From NCBI GenBank assembly GCA_963815195.1, contig CAWFGE010000023.1, positions 576,001 to 640,000 of the forward strand: DNA of 64,000 nucleotides, written 5' to 3'. Every line of letters begins with the position of its first letter. Position 1 is the stretch's first letter. The stretch is from an uncultured Planctomycetaceae bacterium (GTDB lineage: Bacteria > Planctomycetota > Planctomycetia > Planctomycetales > Planctomycetaceae). Positions 1 to 10,579 of the stretch are shown here, piece by piece. The notes under the pieces are model-generated. The model did no database searches. It was given only the letters and a program-made list of their open reading frames with translations, and had not been told where the DNA came from. A program made the translations under genes and the position numbers.

Positions 1-707
1 GGCGCATGGTCGTCTTCGATGGCCCCGGGCTCGTGGAGGAAGTGCTTTCCGTACCCCAACTCCTCGGCCGTCCGCACGACCAGACGGTAGAGGGAGCGCG
101 TCGAGTAGTACTCCTCCAGGATCCCCAACTGCTTGTCGCCGATCATGTCGATGTTGATCAAGGCGATGACGCGCTCAAGCAATCCCTCGCCCGCCCATTT
201 TCGTGCCAGATGACGGCTTCCGTAAACGCCGTCTTCACTCGTCCATTGCCCGAATGCCTCCTCGCCGTCAAACCAGACCAGGTATACGTCGTGCTTGCGT
301 GCTTGTCCCGACAGCGTCGCGGCCAACTCCAGCAGCAGCCCGGTCGAGGAGCCGCCATCGTTGGCGCCCACGAAATGAATATTCGGCATCCACTTCGTGT
401 CGTAGTGTCCGGAGACCACCACGGCGCGGTTCGAAGAACCGCCGAATCTGGCAATGATGTTGTTCATCGCGATGGGCCCGCGAGGTGTCTTCGCGGTGAA
501 GCGGTCCTCGATGATCTCGCAGTCCAGTTGCTTGAGTTGCGACCGTATGTAGTCCTGCATTTGTGCATGCGCCTTCGATCCCGGCGGGCGAGGGCCAAAC
601 TCCACCACTCTGCGGGTCTGCTCCAGCGCCGCGGTTCCGGAGAACTCCCCGGCCGGCAGCAGCACGCAGCCGACGAGGAGAATTAATATGGCTTTTGCGC
701 GGTGCAT
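1..707 (-). CDS. M28 family Zn peptidase (glutaminyl cyclase-like), secreted; runs off the left edge
   Basis: Manual translation from ATG 707: MHRAKAILILLVGCVLL signal-like start, FGPRPPGS, SGHYDTK, GANDGGSST, FDGEE, INIDMIG, EDDH. Not in the ORF track because there is no stop in the window. Confidence 0.85.
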   Translation of the reverse strand, partial: MHRAKAILILLVGCVLLPAGEFSGTAALEQTRRVVEFGPRPPGSKAHAQMQDYIRSQLKQLDCEIIEDRFTAKTPRGPIAMNNIIARFGGSSNRAVVVSGHYDTKWMPNIHFVGANDGGSSTGLLLELAATLSGQARKHDVYLVWFDGEEAFGQWTSEDGVYGSRHLARKWAGEGLLERVIALINIDMIGDKQLGILEEYYSTRSLYRLVVRTAEELGYGKHFLHEPGAIEDDHA

Positions 708-1372
708 ATGTATCCGAGCGTGAAAGTCTTCTCTCTGTCCAGGAAATCCAGCAGCGGCAGCAACAGCGCCGGCGGCGCCAGCAGCAGCGCCACGAAGGGA
801 ACCAGCAACGGCGGGAAGAACTGCAGGCCGCTGAGCAGACGCCGCGACAGGAGCCGGAAGTATCCACCCATGGGCTGAATCTGAATGGTCCTGTACCCGG
901 CGCGCTCCAGCAGATAGCGCATCCCGTGCCGGGTGTAGCGGTAGTAGTCGTGAGGTTCCTGGTGAACCTCCCACTCATGCGGCACGATGATAAGCAAACG
1001 CCCGCCCGGGTTCAGCACACGAGCCAGTTCGCCGAGCACTGCCCGCGGTTCAGGTACATGCTCGAGCGTTACGATGTTCACGCACCCATCGAAGGAAGCC
1101 TCACGGAAGGGCAGGGCAGCAAGATCGGCCAGGCAGTCCAGATTGGAATAGTCCCAAGCGATGTCGCCAACGGCCAGGTCGACAGCCACGTAGCGGCGTC
1201 CCGTGAATGCCTCTGCGTGGCGGGTTTCTCCAGCTCCGGCGTCGAGCACCCGGGCGCCCTCCGGCGTCTGGGTGGCGAACCCGGCGACAGCGTCGTCGAT
1301 CCGCGCCTCGAAGTTGAGGATGTAGCGGTGAACCGGCCTCGGCAGTAAGCGCTGGAGGGCGCCGTATCTCAT
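683..1372 (-). CDS. class I SAM-dependent methyltransferase
   Basis: VLDAGAG motif I, LEHVPEP, LNPGG; the ATG at 1372 overlaps the upstream stop (ATGA). Confidence 0.85.
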   Translation of the reverse strand: MRYGALQRLLPRPVHRYILNFEARIDDAVAGFATQTPEGARVLDAGAGETRHAEAFTGRRYVAVDLAVGDIAWDYSNLDCLADLAALPFREASFDGCVNIVTLEHVPEPRAVLGELARVLNPGGRLLIIVPHEWEVHQEPHDYYRYTRHGMRYLLERAGYRTIQIQPMGGYFRLLSRRLLSGLQFFPPLLVPFVALLLAPPALLLPLLDFLDREKTFTLGYICTAQKPY

Positions 1373-2324
1373 GATCTCTTTCGGGCCTCCATCATGACTG
1401 TGCAACCCGCATGACAAGCGGATTCGATCAGTGTGAACGGCAGGGAAGCCAGCACCAGGCCGAAGTAGAGCGCGTCCCGCATCAGCTTCCGGTTGGGCGT
1501 CTCCTCAACGTGGCGAACGCTGCGTACCGTCGGGTCGAGCGACGGGGCCAGGCTCGTCGCCAGGCACGCAGGGTTATCCCGGAGCGAGAAATGCTTGGTC
1601 CGAACCACTTCGAATCCCGTCCGGTCCAGCAGTATCTCGAGATCGCTAGCTTTGAAATTCCAGAGGTGACGCGGAACTTCGAGCCCGCGCCATTTTTCGC
1701 CCAGCAAAAGGAACTGCCAACAAGCAGCGTTGGGCGTCTGAACGATCAGGCGGCCGTCCGGGTGGAGGAGACCGCCGCGCCGCTTTGAGGTATTGCGATG
1801 GGTCATAGAGATGCTCCAGGATGTGGAACATGGTCACAGCGGCGCAACTCTCATCGGCGAAGGGGGCGTTCGAGAGACTGCCGCAGACGGTGGGTACGCC
1901 GTTGATCTCCCAGGCGGCCGTGGCGGCTTCCATCGAGAAGTCGACGCCGACGCCTTGGAACCCGCGCTTCCGCATCATCCCGAGGAACAGCCCGCCGCCG
2001 CAGCCCACATCGAGGATCAGGCCCTTCGCGCCGCTGCGCTCAATCGATTTCTGCACAAATCGTACGTGATCGCGCAAGTACGAAGCGCCGGTACCGCTCC
2101 TCGAATCGCGAAGCCGCATCGCTCTCCGGCACATGCCAGTATTCGGGAGGATAGTAGTACCGGAGTTCCAGCGGGGTGGGCCGCGGAGAGAGACGCAGCA
2201 GGCGGCAGGTCCGGCACTCAACGACGGTGAACTCCTTGCCGGTGACGCCGTATAGCGCATCGGTGGCGCGAAACATAAACCGTGCTTCCCGAGCGCCGCA
2301 CGCGGGACAGACTTCCTCGTTCAC
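1369..2324 (-). CDS. class I SAM-dependent methyltransferase with N-terminal Cys (Zn-ribbon) domain; 2 frameshifts
   Basis: CPACG...CRTC N-terminus, ILDVGCGGG, FHILEHLYDP, VPRHLWNF, spread over three ORF-track frames (joins near 2080 and 1785). Confidence 0.8.
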
Positions 2325-2335
2325 GGGGGCGGCCC

Positions 2336-3368
2336 CTAGGTGGCTTGTTCGCTCAATTCCTTCAGGGATATCCGGTGGCGCAGGAGAAGACGCTTTACTT
2401 CCTTTGGGCTGAGCTTCCGGTACTTCTCCACCTCGCGGCGCTTGCGCAGGAACCGGGGAAGCATCCTCAGCGCCTCCAGGTCCCCGGTCAGCATCGCCAG
2501 AGCCGCCCTCAGTTTCCCGCACACTCCCGGGAACCGGCGCACCTCCCCCCGGTTCCGTGCCGCGGCCACCAGACCCGCGCCGATTCTTGCGAAATAGAAA
2601 ACGCCGTTTAGCCATAACAGGCTCCAGGGGAACAGTTTCGCCGCCAGGAGCACCCGATTGCGCTCGATCAAACGCAGCCTTTCTGGCGATCCGACTCCGA
2701 GGGTGGAACCCCGGTGGTGCCGGACAACCGCCTCCGGCACATAAAGGCACCGCCAGCCCGCGATCCGCGCCCTCAGCCCAAGTTCCGCGTCATCGGCGTA
2801 CGCGAACAGATCCTCGTCAAAGCCGCCGATTTCGTCGAGCGCTTCCCGGCGGTACATCGCCGCGCAGCCGTCGGGCCAGAGAATCTCTTCGCGCCGGTCG
2901 AACTGGCCTTGATCAAGTTCGCCGGATCCCCGGCCTCGATTTTGACCATCCAAATATATCAGGTGGCCGGCCTTGTCGATTCTCCGCGGATCCTCATAAA
3001 CCAGGATCTTGGAGGCGGCCATCCCGACTTCCGCGTCTGTTTGCGAAAGCCCCCAGCAGCGCCTCGAGCCATCCTGGAGACGCCTCCGCATCGTTGTTCA
3101 ACAGGGCGATGAACCGGGAATCGGCGGTGCCAATGCCCTGATTGTTCGCGGCGCAAAACCCCCGGTTCTCTCTGTTTCGGACGAGCTTGAGCCGGAAAGG
3201 TTTCCCGCGGGAGAATTCCCGTTCGGCCATTTCCGGGGAGCCGTCGTTCGATCCGTTGTCCACCAATACCACTTCGAAATCTGTAACCATTTGATTTTGA
3301 AGCGACTTCAGGCATGAACGCAGGAGTTCACGACGATTCCAATTCACTATGATGACGCTTACGGACAC
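2336..3368 (-). CDS. glycosyltransferase family 2; 1 frameshift
   Basis: VIIVNWN, VDNGSNDGS, NRGFCAANNQG, LLNNDA, GGFDEDLFAYADDAELG; join near 3035. Confidence 0.85.
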
Positions 3369-3427
3369 TCGCCGCTCGAAACCGATAGCATGTAGTATTA
3401 TAACCTCAGGAACCACTTGGTTTTACT

Positions 3428-4330
3428 ATGGCTTCTGTCGGAGAGCGGCTCCGCAAAACGAGAGAGGAGCAGGGCCGGGAGATCGCGAGGATCGCCGCTG
3501 AGATTCGGGTGCAGATCGGCTACCTCGAGGCAATCGAAGCGGGCAATCTCGACCGGCTGCCGGGCGGGTTTTTCACCCGCAGTTTCGTCCGTCAGTACGC
3601 GGAATGCTTGAAGGTTCCCGCCTCCGAGATCGAAGACGACCTCGAACAATGGCTTTCGTCAAAATCGCTCGCTGAGCCGCCGAACCTCGAACCGAGACTC
3701 GCGCCATCCGGCTTGGAACCGATTACCCACATGGGAGTTGGCCGTCGTCCTCGGAGCAAAGTGCTTAGCGCCGTGGCCGCCCTCGTGGTAGTTATCACAG
3801 CTTGTGCCGCGATCTACTCCTTTTGGTTGCGTACGCAAGACAGCGCGACTCTTCCGAAGATCCTACCGGATCCTGTCCCCGCCGGGGCCGTCGCCCCGCC
3901 CCCGCCCTTCGTGGAACGGCCGGAGGATTCATCCGAACTCCCGGCCGTTGCCGCCGAGGTTCCCGGGCGAGATCCGAAGCCGCCGTCCACCGCTTTCAGT
4001 GAGACCGGCGAGGGCGGGCCGCTGTGGTTCGAAATGGCGGCTACCGATGAGACGTGGGTCCGCGTGAGTTCCGGCGCCAGAACATTGTTCGTCGGAATCC
4101 TTGAGTCTGGTGACTCTCGGCGTTTCGCGGGTCTTGAGGGGGCCGTATTGCGGGTTGGGAACGCCGGAGGACTGACGATCAGCGTCAATGGAGGCGCCGC
4201 GCAGCCGGTCGGGAAGAGGGGGCAGATCCGGGTTGTGACCCTGAGTCCCGGCAAGATGGAAGCCGAGCCGCCCCCCAGAACGCGTCCGGTTTCCGGGGAA
4301 GAGGCGCCTGCCGGAGACGGTCCGGCTTAG
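3428..4330 (+). CDS. rodZ: RodZ-like cytoskeletal protein (HTH, TM, DUF4115-type C-terminus)
   Basis: VGERLRKTREEQG...YLEAIEAG..LPGGFFTRSFVRQYA, one TM helix, LRVGNAGG. Confidence 0.85.
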   Translation: MASVGERLRKTREEQGREIARIAAEIRVQIGYLEAIEAGNLDRLPGGFFTRSFVRQYAECLKVPASEIEDDLEQWLSSKSLAEPPNLEPRLAPSGLEPITHMGVGRRPRSKVLSAVAALVVVITACAAIYSFWLRTQDSATLPKILPDPVPAGAVAPPPPFVERPEDSSELPAVAAEVPGRDPKPPSTAFSETGEGGPLWFEMAATDETWVRVSSGARTLFVGILESGDSRRFAGLEGAVLRVGNAGGLTISVNGGAAQPVGKRGQIRVVTLSPGKMEAEPPPRTRPVSGEEAPAGDGPA

Positions 4331-4969
4331 CGCGTCTTGCGCTTGCGTCGTCGTTCCAGGCGTTGTTGTCTTGCCAGGATTAGCAATTCCCGACGTCTTC
4401 GCAGTTTCACGCTATCGTCTACACGGCGCCAGAACTTCAGGAAGTAATCGAACGCCGACACGAGAGCGAAGATCACGACGCCCCACAGCCAAACCATCGC
4501 GATCAATTTGAGTTCGGGCCAGTGAACCGCCAGCATGACGAGCGCAATCGCGATCACTTGAGTGACCATTTTGGTCTTGCCCAGGTCGCTGGCCTTAATC
4601 ATGTAGCCCTCCGCCGCGGCAATGCCGCGCAAGCCCGGTGACGGCGAACTCCCGCCCCACAATGATTACTGCCATCCACCCGGGCATCATTTGTACCTGC
4701 ACCAGGGAGATCAACGCCGCCGAGATTAGGAGCTTGTCAGCGATGGGATCCAGCAATGTGCCGACCGTGGTGATCTGACCCCACCGCCGGGCCAAGTAGC
4801 CATCGAGTAAATCGGTTCCGGCGGCAGCCAGGAAGATTCCGAGAGCCAGAAACTCGTTGGTGATGATGACGCTGCCGAGGGTTAGTTGAAGATCCTCCTG
4901 CACCAATGCCGCGACGAGCAGAGGAACAAAGAAGATGCGCAGCAGCGTCAACAGGTTCGGAAGATTCAT
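4327..4969 (-). CDS. pgsA: CDP-diacylglycerol--glycerol-3-phosphate 3-phosphatidyltransferase; 1 frameshift
   Basis: MNLPNLLTLLRI, TDLLDGYLARR..T.VG.LLDPIADK, GKTKMVTQ; join near 4635. Confidence 0.9.
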
Positions 4970-4975
4970 CCAGAA

Positions 4976-6325
4976 CTAAACAATATACCGCACCGGCGAC
5001 GCCCCCCCGCCTCCCAGGAAGCGCTTTAGGCGGTGGAGTAGGGACTCCGGGACTTCGGCTTCTATTTCGCAGTAGTCGTCTTCGTACTTGGCGTGCAGGA
5101 CGCGGCCATATTCGTGTAGGAGATGGATTTCGGCGCCAGCGCCGGCCGGAAACCGGAAGACCGTTCGAATGATGGGATCGACGTGGAGGATCTCGTCAAT
5201 AGCCCGCATCAGATCTGGCAGGCCTTCGCCGGTCCTGGCCGAGACGGCCACCGCCCGGCGGGGCTTGGGCAGCTCTCCCTCCGCATCCGAATGGCCGGAG
5301 AGGAGGCGGCGGAGCAACGAGTCCGGGTCAACCCTGCCGCCCAGACGGTCCAACTTGTTCAGCACCAGGAGCTGCGGAATCGTGCCGGCGCCGATTTCGG
5401 CCAGCACCCGAAGCGCGTGGACACCGTGTTCCTGAGCGTTGGGCGAGGAGGCATCGACCACGTGCAGCAACAGCGCGGACTCAGCGACTTCTTCCAAAGT
5501 GGCCCGGAACGACTGCACCAGCGTCGTCGGCAGGTTGCGAATGAAACCGACCGTGTCACTCAATACGAGCCGCCGCCGCGAAGGCAGCACCATGAGCCGG
5601 GCCGTCGGGTCGAGGGTGGCGAACATCTTGGCGTCGACCATGACATCGGCGCCGGTGATGCGATTGAAGAGCGTCGATTTCCCCGCGTTGGTGTAGCCAA
5701 CCAAGGCCACGGCCGCCAGTGGCACTCTCTGTCGCTGCCGCCGCTGCACGTGGCGCGTCCGGCGCACCATTGAGAGCTGCTCCCGGATCTTTTGCATGCG
5801 CCGCGAGATCCGCCGCCGATCCGTCTCCAGTTGGGTTTCGCCAGGTCCCCGGGTACCAATGCCGCCGCCCAGCCTCGACATCTCCACCCCTCTTCCAGTC
5901 AGCCTTGGAAGCAGGTAGTCGAGCTGCGCCAACTCCACTTGGAGCTGGCCTTCACGCGTTCTGGCGCGGCTGGCGAAGATATCGAGGATCAATTGAGTCC
6001 GGTCCACCACCCGGCAACGCAGAGCCTTCTCCAAATTGCGCAATTGCGTCGGGGAGAGTTCGTGGTCGAAGATGACGACGTCGATTTCCTCGGCTTCGGC
6101 GAGCCGGGACACCTCCTCCAGTTTGCCCGCGCCGATCAGCGTGGCGGCTTCGAGCTTCTGGCGCAATTGCACGATGCGCTCGATGACTTCAGCGCCCGCG
6201 CTAGTTGCAAGAACCGCCAGTTCTTCCATCGAATCTTCGCTCGCGGTAGCGGGGCGGATTCCGCCGGTCCCGCGCCGGCTCATATCCACGCCGATAAGGA
6301 GAGCGCGCTCCAATTTATCTGGCAA
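4976..6325 (-). CDS. hflX: GTPase HflX
   Basis: GGGIGTRGPGETQLETDRR, GYTNAGKSTL, FATLDPT, SDTVGFI, NKLD; directly downstream of hfq. Confidence 0.96.
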   Translation of the reverse strand: MPDKLERALLIGVDMSRRGTGGIRPATASEDSMEELAVLATSAGAEVIERIVQLRQKLEAATLIGAGKLEEVSRLAEAEEIDVVIFDHELSPTQLRNLEKALRCRVVDRTQLILDIFASRARTREGQLQVELAQLDYLLPRLTGRGVEMSRLGGGIGTRGPGETQLETDRRRISRRMQKIREQLSMVRRTRHVQRRQRQRVPLAAVALVGYTNAGKSTLFNRITGADVMVDAKMFATLDPTARLMVLPSRRRLVLSDTVGFIRNLPTTLVQSFRATLEEVAESALLLHVVDASSPNAQEHGVHALRVLAEIGAGTIPQLLVLNKLDRLGGRVDPDSLLRRLLSGHSDAEGELPKPRRAVAVSARTGEGLPDLMRAIDEILHVDPIIRTVFRFPAGAGAEIHLLHEYGRVLHAKYEDDYCEIEAEVPESLLHRLKRFLGGGGASPVRYIV

Positions 6326-6334
6326 GGTGTTCGT

Positions 6335-6649
6335 TTACTCTTCGACGGGTGCGACTGGCTTAGGGCCGGGAGTCGGATGAGATGCGCCCGTCCCGCTGCT
6401 CGACGGTTGGTATGGCGAATGTGAGGCGTGTGGATGTTGGGACTTCATGACCACGACCGTCGAAATCGCGTGCTTGAATATGAGCTGCTCCTGACTGTTG
6501 GTTTCCAGGATGACCGAATACTTATCAAAGCTCTTGATCCGGCCAGACAGCTTCACCCCGCTCATCAGGTAAATGGTGAGGAAGATCTTATCCTTGCGGG
6601 CGGTATTGAGAAAAGCCTCTTGGATGTTTTGGGGCAGCTTATCCATCAT
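6335..6649 (-). CDS. hfq: RNA chaperone Hfq
   Basis: [36 protein letters not shown]; hfq-hflX synteny. Confidence 0.96.
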   Translation of the reverse strand: MMDKLPQNIQEAFLNTARKDKIFLTIYLMSGVKLSGRIKSFDKYSVILETNSQEQLIFKHAISTVVVMKSQHPHASHSPYQPSSSGTGASHPTPGPKPVAPVEE

Positions 6650-6775
6650 GATTGACCTTTTGACCCGTACAAACCGGGCTGATTTTCGCTTGTCTTCTTT
6701 CCTTAAGGCAGCAGTGACGCCGATCGCCTTTCAGTACATCCTCCGCGGACGGGCGGCTCCTGCTCGGACAATGCC

Positions 6776-6805
6776 ACTTTAGCAGTTGAGCCGAGAATCT
6801 GGCAA
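6776..6805 (-). promoter_or_regulatory. putative sigma70 promoter for hfq-hflX-pgsA
   Basis: TTGCCA-N18-TAAAGT on the minus strand, about 125 nt upstream of the hfq ATG. Confidence 0.4.
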
Positions 6806-6839
6806 GGATTCAACTCGCTACAATCTTGAAAGGGGCCCT

Positions 6840-8572
6840 ATGGAAAATATCGAGATCGCGAAGATCCTGGCGGAGACCGCCGATCTGATGGAGATCGCAG
6901 TCGGAGGATTCTTTTAGAATTCGTAGCTACCGCAACGCGTCATCCGTTCTCGAAGGCTATCCGGAGCGGGTGTCGGACCTCGTTCGGGACCCGGAGCGGA
7001 AGCTCACGGAAATTTCCGGAATCGGAAAAGGCATCGCCGCCGTCATCACCGAAATTCTTGAGCGAGGATCGTTCGAGCGGCGGGACATATTGCTTGAGAA
7101 ATATCCGCCTACGGCTCTCGAGTTGCTGAAGATCAAAGGTCTCGGGCCCAGGAGCATCGCGCTGCTGATCGAGCACTTCCGCCTCAGTACAGTGGACGAC
7201 CTCGAAGAAGATCTGCCGGGAACAGAAACTCCGGGAACTGCCGCGGATGGGAGCGAAGCTGGAAGAGAAGGTGCTCCGCTCCATAGCCCACTATCGCAAG
7301 AGCGCCGGGAGGTTTCTGCTCAATTTTGGATATGGTATGGCCGAGGATCTTATGGCCTATCTTCGCGAGGGAGGCGGGCTCGATCAAATCAGCGTCGCGG
7401 GTAGCCTCCGCCGCGGCAAGGAGACGATTGGAGATCTGGACCTATTGATGACCGGACCGGGCGCGGCTGAAGCGCTGGACCGCTTTGTGAACTATCCGAA
7501 GATCACCGAGGTGCTTGGCCGCGGTGAGGACAAGGTCAGCGCGCTCGCCGGCGTCGAAGGCTTGCAGGTCGATGTCCGGGCGCCGCCCGCTAAGAGTTAC
7601 GGTGCGGCGCTCCGGTACTTCACCGGCAGCAAGCAGCACAACGTCGCTCTCGGCTCCCGTGCTCTGAAGCGCGGCTACATACTGAATGAGTATGGCTTGC
7701 ACAAGCTCGACACCGAGGAACTGGCGGCGGGCGGAAGCGAGGAAGACGTCTACCGGGCCTTGGGGCTCGATTGGATTCCGCCGGAGCTACGTGAAAACCA
7801 GGGTGAGATCGAGACGGCCGAGCGGGGCGAGCTACCCGAACTGCTCTCATTGAAAGACATCCGGGGTGATTTACACATGCACACAACCGGGAGCGACGGC
7901 CGGGGGACGCTGGAAGAGATGGCCGAAGCCGCACAGCAGCGGGGCCTGGAGTACATTGCCATCACCGACCACTCGAAAGCCCTGGCGATGGCCAATGGCC
8001 TCAATGAAAAACGCGTCGTCGATTTCGCGCGCCGCGTGCGGCAACTGAATCAGAACGGTCTCGGCATCCGCGTTTTCTCGGGGCTCGAGTGCGACATTCT
8101 TCGCGACGGCTCCATGGACATCGCCGGCGACGCGCTGGCAGAGCTGGACCTGGTCGTCGGCAGCGTCCACAGCTACATGAACCAGGAGCCCGCCGAGATG
8201 ACGGACCGGCTGTTGCGGGCCATCGAGAACCCGTATGTCGGCATCATCGGTCACCCGACCGGGCGTGTGCTCCTCAGGCGCGAACCGTTCCGGTTCGACT
8301 TTGACCGGGTCGCGGCGGCGGCTGCGAGGCATGGGGTGTGCCTGGAAATCAATGCCAGTCCGGAGCGGCTCGACCTCAGCGCGACGCTATTGCGCCAGGC
8401 CAAGGCTCAAGGCGCCCGCTTCACCATTTCGACCGACGCGCATCATCCCAAACACCTGGCCAACATGCGCTATGGCGTACTGATGGCGCGCAGGGGCTGG
8501 CTCTCGAAGAGAGACATTCTAAATACGCTACCAGCCGCGGAATTCACGGGGGCTCTACGTCCGCGGCCTTGA
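6840..8572 (+). CDS. polX: DNA polymerase/3'-5' exonuclease PolX (PolX plus PHP domain); 2 frameshifts
   Basis: MENIEIA, ISGIGKGIA HhH, AGSLRRGKETIGDLDLL, QVDVR, YFTGSKQHN, PHP motifs DLHMHT, ITDHS, GHPTGR, STDAH; joins near 6902 and 7210. Confidence 0.92.
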
Positions 8573-8583
8573 AAGGATTCTTT

Positions 8584-9102
8584 ATGAAGCTGGTTTCTTC
8601 CCGAGAGGTTTACCGCAGTTCGATTTTCGCGGTCACCGAAGAGGTAGCCCGCGGTTCCGGGGGATTCGAGATCGAACGGGCTATCGTCCAACACGGAGGC
8701 ACGGCGGTGATGTTGGCGGTCAATAAAGAAGGACATGTTCTCCTGGTCAGGCAGTATCGCATGCCAGCGCGAAAGCACTTGTGGGAACTTCCCGCCGGTC
8801 GTCTCGATCCCGGCGAGACGGCGCTGCAGGCAGCTCGCCGAGAACTCAAGGAAGAAACGGGTTACCGGGCGAGGAAATGGCGGAAGCTGATCTCGTTCTA
8901 TTCAAGTCCGGGCTTCTTGTCGGAGAAGATGTCGGTCTTCGTGGCCACCGGCTTACAGGAAGGCGAGGCGACTCCGATGGGAGACGAGAGGATCGAACGC
9001 CGGTGGTTCACCGAAGCTCAGCTTGACCAGATGATCCGCGGCGGCAAGATTGCCGACGGTAAGACGATTGCCGGGTTCCTGGCCTGGCAGCGCGGCCAGT
9101 AG
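8584..9102 (+). CDS. NUDIX hydrolase (ADP-ribose pyrophosphatase-like)
   Basis: Nudix box GRLDPGETALQAARRELKEETG, QYR.P, SPGF, DGKT; GAAAGGA upstream. Confidence 0.9.
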   Translation: MKLVSSREVYRSSIFAVTEEVARGSGGFEIERAIVQHGGTAVMLAVNKEGHVLLVRQYRMPARKHLWELPAGRLDPGETALQAARRELKEETGYRARKWRKLISFYSSPGFLSEKMSVFVATGLQEGEATPMGDERIERRWFTEAQLDQMIRGGKIADGKTIAGFLAWQRGQ

Positions 9103-9104
9103 GG

Positions 9105-9707
9105 CTACCGGGCGCCGTCCTGTTTCAGCAGGAAGCGCAGCATCGCTTCCACGGCCTTGCCCCGGTGGCTGACGGTCAGTTTCTGTTCCGGGCTCACTTC
9201 AGCCAGGGTGGATCCAAAGGGTGGGTGGAAGAACAGCGGGTCGTAGCCGAATCCGTTTGCACCGCGCGGCGAATCGATCAGTTCGCCTTCGACTTCGCCG
9301 CGGAACGTCCCGATCAACTTCCCCTTCCCAGCCAGCGCCACTACGCTGATGAATCGCGCGGTCCGGTTCTCGACATCTCGCATCCGCTCGATCAGAAGCC
9401 GGTTGTTCGCTTCGTCGGTGGCGCCCTCGCCGGCGAAGCGCGCCGACAGCACTCCGGGCGCTCCGCCCAACGCATCCACGGCCAAGCCCGAGTCGTCAAC
9501 AAACAGCGGCCGGCCGGCCTGCGAACTATAGTAGAGAGCCTTGATAATCGCGTTCTCTTCGAAGTTGGCGCCGGTTTCCTCCGGCGGAACGATCTTTTCG
9601 ATCCCCGGCAACGCCTCGATTTCGAAACGCCGGCCGCCGAGTCGTTCCACGCCCAGCCGGAATTCCCTTAGCTTTCCTGGGTTCGTGGTGGCGCAGTAAA
9701 GCTTCAA
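9105..9707 (-). CDS. rdgB: non-canonical purine NTP pyrophosphatase (RdgB/HAM1)
   Basis: [43 protein letters not shown]; follows rph. Confidence 0.95.
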   Translation of the reverse strand: MKLYCATTNPGKLREFRLGVERLGGRRFEIEALPGIEKIVPPEETGANFEENAIIKALYYSSQAGRPLFVDDSGLAVDALGGAPGVLSARFAGEGATDEANNRLLIERMRDVENRTARFISVVALAGKGKLIGTFRGEVEGELIDSPRGANGFGYDPLFFHPPFGSTLAEVSPEQKLTVSHRGKAVEAMLRFLLKQDGAR

Positions 9708-10423
9708 GACCCCTCCAGCGCCTCCGTCTGGATCTTGAGGAGGTCGCGAACGCCTATGCGCGCCAGCGAAAGCATCTGCTCCAGTTGGCCATCGTCGAAC
9801 GCGATCTGTTCTCCGGTAGCCTGCAGTTCGACAAATTGGCCCTTATCCGTCATGACGATGTTCATGTCGACTTCTGCTTGAGAGTCCTCCTCGTAGCACA
9901 AGTCCAGGAGCGCTTCTCCGCGGAGCAGACCGACGCTGGTCGCGGCTACGGCGCCTTGGATCGGGTTGCTCTTCAGCGCGCCGTATTCGAGTAACTGCCT
10001 CACCGCGATCGCCATGGCCACGTAAGCGCCGGTGATTGAGGCGGTGCGGGTTCCGCCATCGGCCTGCAATACATCGCAGTCAAGGATCACGGTTCTTTCT
10101 CCGAGCGAATCCAGATTGACGATGCTGCGCAGGGAACGGCCGATCAGCCTCTGTATCTCAAGGGTCCGGCCCGAGTGACGGCCGCGGGTGATCTCGCGCG
10201 GGGTCCGGGTCGCCGTCGCTCGCGGAAGCATCGAGTATTCCGCCGTGACCCAGCCGCGGCTGCTTCCCCGCAGCCAGGCCGGCGTCGACTCCTCAACGGA
10301 CGCCGCGCACAGTACCCGGGTGTTTCCCATCTCGATCAGCGCCGAGCCTTCCGCGGTCGCCAGATAACCCGTGACCAGCTTCACTTCCCGCAACTGGTCC
10401 GCTCTTCGATTGTCGACTCTCAT
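9704..10423 (-). CDS. rph: ribonuclease PH
   Basis: [50 protein letters not shown]. Confidence 0.97.
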   Translation of the reverse strand: MRVDNRRADQLREVKLVTGYLATAEGSALIEMGNTRVLCAASVEESTPAWLRGSSRGWVTAEYSMLPRATATRTPREITRGRHSGRTLEIQRLIGRSLRSIVNLDSLGERTVILDCDVLQADGGTRTASITGAYVAMAIAVRQLLEYGALKSNPIQGAVAATSVGLLRGEALLDLCYEEDSQAEVDMNIVMTDKGQFVELQATGEQIAFDDGQLEQMLSLARIGVRDLLKIQTEALEGS

Positions 10424-10561
10424 TTAGCGTGCCGATTGGAGGATGGCGTAGAACAGGAGGGACAGGAGCACAATTCCGGACAGGATCACCAACAGACACG
10501 GAACGGCCTCGAGGTTCGATTTCTTTTTCTTCTTTCCGCCCGCCAATTTTATCTTGGCCAT
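10424..10561 (-). CDS. 45-aa single-pass membrane protein (missed by ORF track)
   Basis: MAKIKLAGGKKKKKSNLEAVPCLLVILSGIVLLSLLFYAILQSAR*; AGGAG SD upstream; its TAA directly abuts the rph ATG. Confidence 0.75.
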   Translation of the reverse strand: MAKIKLAGGKKKKKSNLEAVPCLLVILSGIVLLSLLFYAILQSAR

Positions 10562-10579
10562 CGCAAGACTCCTATTCTG

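Noticed and set aside
6840..8572. Catalytically dead non-canonical PolX
   Set aside because: GDLD and VDVR aspartates and the PHP metal ligands are intact.
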